64,000 nucleotides of DNA, from the NCBI GenBank assembly GCA_019748175.1, contig JAIEPX010000012.1:1858-65857 (forward strand), given 5' to 3'. Positions 42,493 to 52,128 of the stretch are shown here, piece by piece (the first letter of the stretch is position 1; each line of letters begins with the position of its first letter). The notes below the pieces were generated by a model. The model was not told the DNA's origin. It saw only the letters and a list, made by a program, of their open reading frames with translations, and searched no databases. Position numbers and translations under genes: made by a program. The DNA comes from Gammaproteobacteria bacterium. GTDB lineage: Bacteria > Pseudomonadota > Gammaproteobacteria > JAIEPX01.

Positions 42493-43662
42493 TCAAATAA
42501 TTTCAACGGCAACCGCAGTTGCCTCACCGCCTCCGATACACAATGCAGCGATTCCCTTTTTTAAACCATGCGTACGTAAAGCATGAATTAATGTAACAAC
42601 TATACGGGCTCCTGATGCTCCCAAGGGGTGACCTAACACACAGGCACCGCCATGAATATTCACCTTGTTAGGATCTAATTCTAAAGCGGTTATCGCTGCT
42701 AATGCCACTGCGGCAAATGCCTCATTGATTTCAAATAAATCAACATCCTCAATATTCCAACCCGTTTTTTCCAATAATAACTTAATCGCACCTATAGGCG
42801 CGGTTGTAAAGAATGTAGGATCCTGTGAATACGAACTGTGAGCAACAAGTCGAGCAAGAGGCGAAAGATTTAATTCTTTAGCTTGGCTTTCAGTCATTAA
42901 TACCAGAGCTGCAGCGCCATCTGAAATTGAGCTCGCATTCGCAGCAGTGATAGTGCCATCTGCGGCAAATGCAGGTTTTAGTTGAGGAATTTTTTCCGGA
43001 CGAGCAGTTTGAGGTCCTTCATCTAAAGAAATCATTTGATCCTTCACGTGGACAGAAATAATTTCATCATTAAAAAACCCTTTAGCAGTTGCGTCATGGG
43101 CTTTCTGAACTGATTTTAGTGCAAAATTATCTTGATCCTCACGTGTAAAATTAAAATGTTTGACACACTTTTCTGCGTAATATCCCATTAATTTATGTTC
43201 ATACGCATCTTCTAATCCATCAATAAAAAGATGATCTAAAACGGATTGATGACCCAATCGATATCCCGATCTCGCTTTCGGAAGTAAGTAGGGTGCATTA
43301 CTCATGCTTTCCATTCCGCCTGCGACGGCAATGCGAGCATTGCCTGAGCGTAAAGAATCGTGCGCAAAAATAATGGATTGCATTCCTGATCCGCAGACTT
43401 TATTCACCGTAGTGCAGCCAACATGAGTGGGTAAACCAGCTCCTAGAGCAGCCTGACGAGCAGGTGCTTGACGAAGTCCGGCCGGTAAAACACATCCCAT
43501 AATCACTGCATCAATCTCATCACTCGAAATAGTGCTTGTTGCAACAGCAGATTGAATTGCTTTTGCCCCTAAATCAGTAGCAGAAAGCGTTTGCAAACAA
43601 CCTTGGAAATTACCAATGGGTGTGCGTTTAGCTGAAACAATAACAACAGTGTCACTCGACAT
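42493..43662 (-). CDS. Acetyl-CoA acetyltransferase (thiolase)
   Basis: [24 protein letters not shown]. Confidence 0.95.
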   Translation of the reverse strand: MSSDTVVIVSAKRTPIGNFQGCLQTLSATDLGAKAIQSAVATSTISSDEIDAVIMGCVLPAGLRQAPARQAALGAGLPTHVGCTTVNKVCGSGMQSIIFAHDSLRSGNARIAVAGGMESMSNAPYLLPKARSGYRLGHQSVLDHLFIDGLEDAYEHKLMGYYAEKCVKHFNFTREDQDNFALKSVQKAHDATAKGFFNDEIISVHVKDQMISLDEGPQTARPEKIPQLKPAFAADGTITAANASSISDGAAALVLMTESQAKELNLSPLARLVAHSSYSQDPTFFTTAPIGAIKLLLEKTGWNIEDVDLFEINEAFAAVALAAITALELDPNKVNIHGGACVLGHPLGASGARIVVTLIHALRTHGLKKGIAALCIGGGEATAVAVEII

Positions 43663-43676
43663 AAAAAAATCCTTCG

Positions 43677-44837
43677 TTATAACGTTTCCTTAAATAATTC
43701 ACGACCAATTAATAAACGCCGAATTTCTGAAGTACCCGCACCAATTTCATATAATTTTGCATCCCGCAATAATCGTCCCGCAGCATACTCATTAATATAA
43801 CCATTTCCACCTAAACACTGAATGGCATCCAACGCACAGTGAGTGGCATTTTCTGCTGTGTATAAAATAACACTCGCAGTATCTTTACGATCTACTTGAC
43901 CTGAATCACACGCACGCGCAACAGAATACAAATATGCTCTGGAGGCATTAAGTATAGTGTACATATTGGCTAATTTCGCTTGAATAAGCTGAAATTCACC
44001 AATTGCATGACCAAATTGTTTACGTTGATGAACGTAGGGGAGTACTAAATCTAAACAAGATTGAATGATACCAACAGGTCCAGCCGCTAAAATAAGTCGT
44101 TCATAATCTAAACCACTCATCAACACTTCCACACCGTGATTTTCTTTTCCCAACACATTCGCTAAAGGGACTTCACAATTATCAAAAACCAATTCACAGG
44201 TGCTTGAACCACGCATCCCTAATTTATCCAATTTTTGAGCGGTCTTAAAACCACGAAATCCTTTTTCAATCAAAAATGCGGTAATTCCATGTGATCCTGC
44301 ATCTTTATCTGTTTTTCCGTATACAACCAGTACGTTAGCATCGGGGCCGTTGGTCACCCACATCTTCGTACCATTCAGAACATATTTATCATCCAATTTT
44401 TCAGCGAGTAATCGCATGCTCACAACATCAGAACCCGCTCCTGGCTCGCTCATAGCCAATGCACCCACATGCTCACCCGACACCAGTTTAGGCAAATATT
44501 TTTTCTTTTGCTCAGGTGAACCATTACGGTGAATTTGATTAATACAAAGATTAGAATGAGCTCCATAGCTAAGCCCTACAGAGGCAGAAGCCCGGCTGAT
44601 TTCTTCCATAGCAACCGCATGAGCCAAATAACCCATGTTAGCACCGCCATATTCCTCAGCGACTGTGATCCCATGGAGTCCAAGCTGACCCAACTTGGGC
44701 CATAGCTCAACAGGGAAAGTATTAGAAGCATCGATCTCTGCGGCAATAGGAGCGATTTCTCTATCAGCAAACTGCTTTACTGATTCTCTTAAAAGCTCAA
44801 TGCTTTCCCCTAGTTGAAAATTAAGACCTTGAGACAT
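43677..44837 (-). CDS. liuA: Isovaleryl-CoA dehydrogenase
   Basis: [36 protein letters not shown]. Confidence 0.96.
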   Translation of the reverse strand: MSQGLNFQLGESIELLRESVKQFADREIAPIAAEIDASNTFPVELWPKLGQLGLHGITVAEEYGGANMGYLAHAVAMEEISRASASVGLSYGAHSNLCINQIHRNGSPEQKKKYLPKLVSGEHVGALAMSEPGAGSDVVSMRLLAEKLDDKYVLNGTKMWVTNGPDANVLVVYGKTDKDAGSHGITAFLIEKGFRGFKTAQKLDKLGMRGSSTCELVFDNCEVPLANVLGKENHGVEVLMSGLDYERLILAAGPVGIIQSCLDLVLPYVHQRKQFGHAIGEFQLIQAKLANMYTILNASRAYLYSVARACDSGQVDRKDTASVILYTAENATHCALDAIQCLGGNGYINEYAAGRLLRDAKLYEIGAGTSEIRRLLIGRELFKETL

Positions 44838-44953
44838 AAGGCTCCCTTTCGTATGTAATGTCCGTTTATCTGACTCGTCGCATGAGCGATTCCATTATGG
44901 TAGACTCCCTACCTATTTCGTCTTATTCTACCGTCACTGACGAGGAGAAAACA

Positions 44954-45646
44954 ATGGATACTGTCGTTAAAGACCTACTTTTAAGCGGACACAACCTCTT
45001 AGACTATCAACATATGTTTGATTTAAGTGAGTCGGATTTAAATAAAAAAATCATAACGTGTGCCAGCGGGTTTGATACCTTTAATCTCGAAATGTCTGCC
45101 CAAGGAAAATCTATTGTTTCATGTGCACGAAATTATGACCTCAATGAAAAAGAAATGAGAGCATTAGTCGAAAAAAATATTGCACGCATGAAAGATCATT
45201 TTGACGAACATCAAGAGCAATATTTATTGGATACTAGTGCCACCTGGAGTGATGTCAAAAATAATCTATTACTTGCAGCCGAGCGTTTTCTTGTTGATTA
45301 TCCTAAAGGACAAAGTGAAAAACGCTATCAAGCAGAAGTATTACCAAAATTAAATTTTCCAGACAGTTCTTTTGATTTGGCTCTTTGTTCACATTATCTT
45401 TTTGCACAAATCGGATTGAGTTTGGAACAACACGTTTCGTTCATCAAAGAATTGTGTAGAGTTGCAAAAGAAGCAAGAATTTTTCCGCTATCCAATGCAT
45501 ACGGTGAAATATCTGATTTATTAGGGCCAGTCATGCTTCAACTACAAATGCAGCATTACGGAGTAGAGCTCAAACAAGTAGGATACGAATTTCAGCGGGG
45601 CAGTAATGCTATGTTGAGAATTTGGCCAACTGCATGTCAAGTCTAG
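44954..45646 (+). CDS. SAM-dependent methyltransferase-like protein
   Basis: YQHMFDL, LNFPDSSFDLALCSHYLF, ELCRVAKEARIFPL, YEFQRG; GAGGAG RBS. Confidence 0.75.
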   Translation: MDTVVKDLLLSGHNLLDYQHMFDLSESDLNKKIITCASGFDTFNLEMSAQGKSIVSCARNYDLNEKEMRALVEKNIARMKDHFDEHQEQYLLDTSATWSDVKNNLLLAAERFLVDYPKGQSEKRYQAEVLPKLNFPDSSFDLALCSHYLFAQIGLSLEQHVSFIKELCRVAKEARIFPLSNAYGEISDLLGPVMLQLQMQHYGVELKQVGYEFQRGSNAMLRIWPTACQV

Positions 45647-45815
45647 AGATAGGTCAGTAGGCTTTTGACATTTTGCGCCTTGGTTAGAATGGCTAAAACG
45701 TTCAGATTTTGTCCAGGTTGGGTGAAAATTGTTTTTAAAACCGAGTTTACTCTTGATAAATGAGGATTTTAAAATCAATTTTTACGCCCAAGATAGTCTA
45801 AATATGGACGTTTAG

Positions 45816-46706
45816 TTACACATTCACAACACCATGTGGCACATGCCCCGTAGCCACATGCTGACTCGCCGAATCACAATGAACCCGTTGATCATCGAAA
45901 AATATATCAGCCCCAAACGCTTTCAAAAAATGACCTTTCTCTAAGCCACCTAAAAATAACGCTTCATCTAAACGAATATTCCATGATCGTAACGTACGAA
46001 TAACGCGCTCATGAGCGGGTGCAGAACGAGCCGTCACCAAAGCTGTACGCAGTGGTGAATTTTCAGTGGGTAATAGCTGTTGTAATTGATGCAATGCACT
46101 TAAAAATCCTTTAAAAGGGCCTCCAGGTAGGGGATTAAAGGCAGAGGCCTTTTCACTCTCCACAAAAGCCTCAAGCCCCTGTTCTTGATAAACCCGTTCA
46201 GCATCATCGCCAAAAATCACGGCGTCTCCATCAAATGCAATACGAAGTTGATGATGGCTTTGGCTAGAGGGTTCTTCGTTCAAAATTGTTGCCGCAGCAC
46301 AATTATCAGCGAGTGCATTTCGGACATCGGCAGGATCCATCGATAAAAACAAATGTGAGCCAAACGCTGAAATATAACGATAAGGACTTTCCCCGCTGCA
46401 AAATGCTGCGCGAGTAATATCCAGTTGATAATGTGCAATCGAGTTAAAAACGCGTAAGCCCGTATCGGCACTGTTGCGAGAGAGCAGTATGATTTCGACA
46501 TATGGTCCGTACTTGTTTAGATTAAGCAGTTTCTGAACCAACCCAAATGCCCCACCAGGCTCTAAAATATTGTTTTCATGCTCGACCTGATAGCGCGCAA
46601 AGGCTTCCACGCCTTTTTCTTCATAGACTGTATTGCTCTCAGTCAAGTCAAATAAAGCCCGGGATGAGACCGCGATCACTAATTTATCGTCTAAATGCTT
46701 AGGCAT
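45816..46706 (-). CDS. 5'-nucleotidase (cN-I-like)
   Basis: SSRALFDL, RIAFDGDAV, VTAR, DIFFDDQ. Confidence 0.92.
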   Translation of the reverse strand: MPKHLDDKLVIAVSSRALFDLTESNTVYEEKGVEAFARYQVEHENNILEPGGAFGLVQKLLNLNKYGPYVEIILLSRNSADTGLRVFNSIAHYQLDITRAAFCSGESPYRYISAFGSHLFLSMDPADVRNALADNCAAATILNEEPSSQSHHQLRIAFDGDAVIFGDDAERVYQEQGLEAFVESEKASAFNPLPGGPFKGFLSALHQLQQLLPTENSPLRTALVTARSAPAHERVIRTLRSWNIRLDEALFLGGLEKGHFLKAFGADIFFDDQRVHCDSASQHVATGHVPHGVVNV

Positions 46707-46803
46707 ATTGTGTTCCTTATAGACTGATCTAACTTATTTCAAATCTTGAAGTCATTTTCTCACAATTAGATTAATTAAGGTATAGGTGGGGTAGATCCGA
46801 CCC

Positions 46804-48636
46804 CTACTGTTTAAAATGGCGCGTTTCTTCTTTTGCTCTTTGCTGAGATGGCATACTTTGCACTACTTTAGCTTTGACCTGATCGAGTTTAATCAGGGCA
46901 ACGTCAATGACATCTGCTGCTGCATTTGCTCGAGGATTTATTTTTTGATCTTTTTCTAACTTTACAACTTCTTCGTTTAATTTTTTGCTTAGTTTAGTCA
47001 CTGCAGCTAACATTTTCTGCAAATTATCAGGAGAAGAGAGCACTTTTGAATCATTGGCGAGCTTCTCTAAGCGTTCAATTTGCTCACCAAATCCCATCGC
47101 TTGAGTTAATATTCTTCTATTTTCTTCTAAACCTTTTAGCTTTTCTGGATTCGTCGTATTAGAGGATGCAATTTCAGTTCTAAGTCGATTATAATCAGAT
47201 ACAGCTTTTAATGGTTGCACTGATATTGATGAGGGACCCGGCGAATTAACTAGTTTATCTATACTCTTTGATATGTTATCGACATTAACGGTTATATTTA
47301 TTTCTGAAGTTGAAGCCCTATTACTTGGACGTGGTGGTATAGGTGGTGCTTTTGCACTCACAGAGGCTGCAGGCTCAGCAGCACTTCTTCTTGATCCCAT
47401 AATAACTTTTGGTTTTGCTTCTTCAAGCTGGGCCTTCATCTCATGCAGTCTGTCAAGAAATTGGCCTGGGTTGTTACCAGCATTAATTTTTGCTTCGATT
47501 GAATTAAATTCTTCCATAAATTTTTTATGCGGACTATTTGGATCTCGTCTGCTGATCAATGGATCCAAATTATGGCCTTTCTCCAACATTTCTCTAATTG
47601 CATCTCTAGCTTCTTTATACTCAATCGCTTGGAGTGGTTTAAGTTCTTTATAAAGAGCACTTTCCATTTTATTGAGTTCTGAGATAGCGACCTTAATGAC
47701 ATAGTAATAGGCTGACTGCGCATCACTCATTTTACGAGGTAGCGCAGTCAAAGCACTCTTCAATTCACCCTTGAACTTTATAACTTCTGACAATTGAGCT
47801 TCTACTTTATTGCTGTTTTTTGATCTTATAGCCGTATTGTTTTTAGTTGATATTGTGCTAAGAATATCTTTTAAACCAGACCATTCCATTTCAGAGTCAA
47901 TTGATTCTGGTATAGATTTAGTTGTCCTATAGTCAGAATATCCATCTTCAATTTTTGCCCTGAATTTTTTTTTATCTATCCCTGTAGATTCATCTATACC
48001 CTTAATGCGGTCTACTAAATCTTGTTCTATTTTTGAACCTTTCGTGTACAATTGTCTTGTGGCATTATGATCGGGCTCAACAACAGGAGCTGGTTCATCG
48101 AGTATATCTATCAACTCTGATGTACTCTGATCTTCAAGCTCACGGACTTCTTTTTCAACGTCAACATCATGTAGTAATAGAATGCTTTCTACTATCTGAA
48201 AGTTACCTCGAATAATCGTTTCTTGATTCTCTCTCTCTTCCATAGGAAGACTATTGAAATCTCCATTATTTTTCAAAGCTGCAAATTTATTTTTTAAAGA
48301 ACTAATGCGTTGGATAATATCAGGCCCAATTGAAGTCTCAATATTAAGTTGACCAATAATATCATCAAGTGCTTCGTATATTTCACTACTTTGAACTCGT
48401 GTTTGTATTACTATTTTTAGCCGTTCAGCTGCTGCATTAATGAGGTTGCTGATTCCATGTACTTGTTGAGAAAACTCTGCTTTATTCTCACCTTCGTACT
48501 GATCTACGGTTTTTTTAATATCACGATACTCATTTTGCACATGATTAATGCCCGCCGAAAGTATAGCATTACGATCTGGATATTTTGTATGAAATCCCCT
48601 TATTAACTCCTGAACAGTGCTCTCTTTAATCTTCAT
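46804..48636 (-). CDS. Large coiled-coil hypothetical protein (effector-like)
   Basis: 610-aa orphan ORF; PPIPPR motif in a linker. Confidence 0.8.
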   Translation of the reverse strand: MKIKESTVQELIRGFHTKYPDRNAILSAGINHVQNEYRDIKKTVDQYEGENKAEFSQQVHGISNLINAAAERLKIVIQTRVQSSEIYEALDDIIGQLNIETSIGPDIIQRISSLKNKFAALKNNGDFNSLPMEERENQETIIRGNFQIVESILLLHDVDVEKEVRELEDQSTSELIDILDEPAPVVEPDHNATRQLYTKGSKIEQDLVDRIKGIDESTGIDKKKFRAKIEDGYSDYRTTKSIPESIDSEMEWSGLKDILSTISTKNNTAIRSKNSNKVEAQLSEVIKFKGELKSALTALPRKMSDAQSAYYYVIKVAISELNKMESALYKELKPLQAIEYKEARDAIREMLEKGHNLDPLISRRDPNSPHKKFMEEFNSIEAKINAGNNPGQFLDRLHEMKAQLEEAKPKVIMGSRRSAAEPAASVSAKAPPIPPRPSNRASTSEINITVNVDNISKSIDKLVNSPGPSSISVQPLKAVSDYNRLRTEIASSNTTNPEKLKGLEENRRILTQAMGFGEQIERLEKLANDSKVLSSPDNLQKMLAAVTKLSKKLNEEVVKLEKDQKINPRANAAADVIDVALIKLDQVKAKVVQSMPSQQRAKEETRHFKQ

Positions 48637-48714
48637 AGCCTTACCTTCTACAACTATAACCAGTGCCGATCTACACTTACAATTATAGCTTATAGGGTAG
48701 TTGTTTGCCTGTGA

Positions 48715-51700
48715 TCAGGCCTCAATAGCCTCATAGTTCCAGGCGTAGAAAAGGCTAGAACGAGGGAAGTAGAGGGCCAGCTGGATAGGCCGCTGTTCCA
48801 GGCAGGAGAAGGCTTTGGCATAGAGATGGAGCTGAGAGGCATGGTAATGGAAGGCCTCTAGCAGGAAGGCATCGGGCATTTGTTCTGCCTTTGGAATAGC
48901 ACTCTTATAATCTATAATCCAACGCTGGCCTTCATTATCAACAAAGGTCCTATCAATGATACAGTGAACGACCTCATTATTTTGTACCAGAGTAATAGGG
49001 TATTCAGAATGGCTTTCAGCATGTTGACTCAGAATCCAACGACCTTTTTCGTCAGCCAACGTTTTAACGAGTGCGTCAGAAATAATTTCTAACGAAGATT
49101 GAATCTCGGAATGAGCGACTCCTAATTGTTGTAGCTGAGTTTCCCAGAGTGGATAATGATCAATTGAATTAAAATTTTGCCAACGTTGCAAACCTTCATT
49201 GGCAATGCGCTCTAACATGCGATGAATAACTGTACCAATATGTTCCGCTGTTTGATCAAGAGACCAATCAGGTAAAGTTGATAACTCCTCATTAATTGGT
49301 GAGTCTTGATGTACAATGACACCAACTATTTGTGTTTTATCAGGATTTTGAAAATCGGCAGGCAACCTAGCCATGTTTTTCACCGACTTTTGAATAATAT
49401 CAGGTACTGAATGAATATCTTTTGCTTGATGAAATTCATGTTCTATATGTGGCCATAACATTCGCAAAAAACTATCTTGAGGAGGAAGCGATAATACCTC
49501 TTCATCAGAAATTTCAACATTTCCCAATAAATGAAGGGCTTTTTTCGCACGAGTAGCTGCAACATAAAGCACTCGAGTAATTTCATATTGGGATTTGCAC
49601 GCATCTTGAAAGCGTAGATAATTATAGATTGAATCTCCCAAGCTGGCAGTTGGTTTAATCGGACCTAGTATTAAGTCGGCTTGAGCATCCGGACGAGGAC
49701 GTTCCCACCAGAGTAATAATTGTGCACTATCCGCTTTTGCAGTACGTTCTAAACCCGGTAAAATCACCACATCAAATTCGAGTCCTTTTGCTTTATGCAT
49801 GGTCATAATTTGTAAACGATCATCAGATTCTGGATCGACGGTTGCAAATAAATTATTGAGTTGATTTTCAATTAAAGAAAAATCATACATTTCAAGAGGA
49901 GAAAGTTGATCGAGTAATGCAAAATAACGATCAGCATTTTGAAAATCAGCGGATTGTTTAATACATGAAAGTCCGCCAAGAGCTTTCCATGTTGAATGAA
50001 TCCAATTACGTAATGTCAGTCGTCCTCGTTGTGAGAGTGCTTGTTGCAAAATGGGTACAACACGGGTTAAACGAGTTTTGGCGTCTTCAGTAAAATTTTC
50101 AATCGTTTCGAACTGTTCGATCACAGACCATAAAACGCCTGAGCCAGCCGCTTGTGTGATCACCAATAAATCGGCCAATGATAATCCACACCACGGAGCA
50201 CGCAAAACTGCCAACCACGCAATTCTATCGGCAGGATGGAGTAGAGCTCTAGTCAACGCGAAACAATCTTGAATGACTGCACGATGACTCATTTTCTCCA
50301 TATCTTGCGCCTGATATCGGAGACCCTTTCTTTGTAGTGCAACAAAAATTGCCGCAGCGTGATGTCTTGCTCGAACTAAAATAGCGACTCGGGATTCAGG
50401 GTTTTCTTCACGTGTTTTATCAATAATTGAAACCACTTTTTGAGCTTCTTCATCAGTATTTGAATTAATTAATGGATGAACAGCAACATTACCTTCTTCC
50501 GATTGTTCTGGAGAATGAGAAGGAGCGTAAGTCACGGCTCCAACACTCATTTCATCTTGAGCAGGAAACAGTGTTTGAAAAGAAGAATTAATCCACTCAA
50601 TAATTTGAGGTTTTGATCGAAAATTCACCGTGAGTTGCAAAGGTGTCAACGCTATATCATTAATTCCCTGTAATTGAGCGCGTAAAAATAAACCTACCTC
50701 AGCTTCCCTAAATCGATAAATTGATTGCATGGGATCACCCACTAAAAATAGTGTTCGACCATCATTGGGTTGCCAGCCAGCAGTCAGTAATTCGATTAAA
50801 TGAAATTGGGGTGTAGAGGTATCTTGAAATTCATCCACTAATAAATGTCGAATTCGATAATCCCAATTGAGCGCCATTTCTGTAGGATTATCGGCAGAAC
50901 CTAACGCCAGACGTGCTCTTGTGGCCACCTCAATAAAATCGACACCATGATGTTCTCTAAAAACCAACTGCAATTGTGCAGCTAAAATCGGCAGCAAGAT
51001 GACCAAATCGGATAAAATTTGCCATTGTTCATCGGAATACTTAGGTGGAGGTAGCTGCTGTATTTCTAACAATAGTTGATGCAGTTCCTCGTGATTTTTT
51101 AGTTCACTGATCAAATCCTCTAAACGTTGTTTGGCTCTGATACGCTGCTCTTTTTCAGACGCTATTTTTGTTGCTGAAGGAGCTAAAAACCCTTGAGCCG
51201 TTGTAAATGATTTCCGCCAGTCTCCCGTTTGAGTCAATAAAAAATTGGCGATCGTTTGCCAGGCAGACAAATCATCTACATTTGCAGCGGGGAAGTCTGC
51301 TTGATCCAAGAAAGTTTCAAATGGATTTTCAGTTTCGATCTGTGAAAGCACTGTTGCAGCAGATCGTAATAAAAATAGTAATTCAGATTGGCAATGTTGA
51401 GGAAACAAATCAACACTCAATTCTAGAGTATCAGTAATCACATGCTCTAAGCTTAACTCAAGTGCATGTCGTTTACTTTCTAAATCATTATGCTCCAATA
51501 AATGGGCTAACCATTGATCTCGACGTCCTAACATTGAGGTCAACATTTTTTGGACGGTATTCCAATCATTATCAAGATGCAGTAATAAACGGGCCAACGC
51601 AGGTTGCCAACTTGAGTCTTGCGATAATTGTTTCATCAACTCACGAGCGGCTTGTTGATAATACGGAGTAGGATCGCTAAATACCGAAGGTTCTGAACCA

Positions 51701-52113
51701 AATTGGGATAAATACGGCGCACTTCGTGCAATATTTGCGCACAATGAATCAATTGTTTGAAGTCGTAAACGATTAGGATTTTGTAATAGTTGCCATTTTT
51801 TTTGAGCATCCACTTCAAGAACTTTACGCGCTAATGTCCAGGTTACTAAAGCATGTGGTTGCTCAGGCTCTGGTTGAGTTTGAGCAATCATTAAGGCCGA
51901 TAACAAACGCTTACGCATTTCGGCAGCGGCTTTACGAGTAAAAGTGATAGAAACAATATGCTCAGGTTCTTCGCAGGCATACGCTAATAATGATAATATT
52001 CGTTGTATCAATAATTCTGTTTTTCCTGATCCCGCAGGCGCTTGTACAATAAAAGAACGCTTTACATCCAGGGCTTGTGAGCGCTCATCGGCATCAATAA
52101 TATTATAATCCAT
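48715..52113 (-). CDS. addA: AddA-type UvrD helicase-nuclease
   Basis: APAGSGKT, VDEFQD, VGDPMQSIYRFR, MTMHKAKGLEFD, YVAATRA, C-terminal IDR..IIDYK. Confidence 0.92.
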   Translation of the reverse strand: MDYNIIDADERSQALDVKRSFIVQAPAGSGKTELLIQRILSLLAYACEEPEHIVSITFTRKAAAEMRKRLLSALMIAQTQPEPEQPHALVTWTLARKVLEVDAQKKWQLLQNPNRLRLQTIDSLCANIARSAPYLSQFGSEPSVFSDPTPYYQQAARELMKQLSQDSSWQPALARLLLHLDNDWNTVQKMLTSMLGRRDQWLAHLLEHNDLESKRHALELSLEHVITDTLELSVDLFPQHCQSELLFLLRSAATVLSQIETENPFETFLDQADFPAANVDDLSAWQTIANFLLTQTGDWRKSFTTAQGFLAPSATKIASEKEQRIRAKQRLEDLISELKNHEELHQLLLEIQQLPPPKYSDEQWQILSDLVILLPILAAQLQLVFREHHGVDFIEVATRARLALGSADNPTEMALNWDYRIRHLLVDEFQDTSTPQFHLIELLTAGWQPNDGRTLFLVGDPMQSIYRFREAEVGLFLRAQLQGINDIALTPLQLTVNFRSKPQIIEWINSSFQTLFPAQDEMSVGAVTYAPSHSPEQSEEGNVAVHPLINSNTDEEAQKVVSIIDKTREENPESRVAILVRARHHAAAIFVALQRKGLRYQAQDMEKMSHRAVIQDCFALTRALLHPADRIAWLAVLRAPWCGLSLADLLVITQAAGSGVLWSVIEQFETIENFTEDAKTRLTRVVPILQQALSQRGRLTLRNWIHSTWKALGGLSCIKQSADFQNADRYFALLDQLSPLEMYDFSLIENQLNNLFATVDPESDDRLQIMTMHKAKGLEFDVVILPGLERTAKADSAQLLLWWERPRPDAQADLILGPIKPTASLGDSIYNYLRFQDACKSQYEITRVLYVAATRAKKALHLLGNVEISDEEVLSLPPQDSFLRMLWPHIEHEFHQAKDIHSVPDIIQKSVKNMARLPADFQNPDKTQIVGVIVHQDSPINEELSTLPDWSLDQTAEHIGTVIHRMLERIANEGLQRWQNFNSIDHYPLWETQLQQLGVAHSEIQSSLEIISDALVKTLADEKGRWILSQHAESHSEYPITLVQNNEVVHCIIDRTFVDNEGQRWIIDYKSAIPKAEQMPDAFLLEAFHYHASQLHLYAKAFSCLEQRPIQLALYFPRSSLFYAWNYEAIEA

Positions 52114-52128
52114 CGTCTAAAAACTCCA

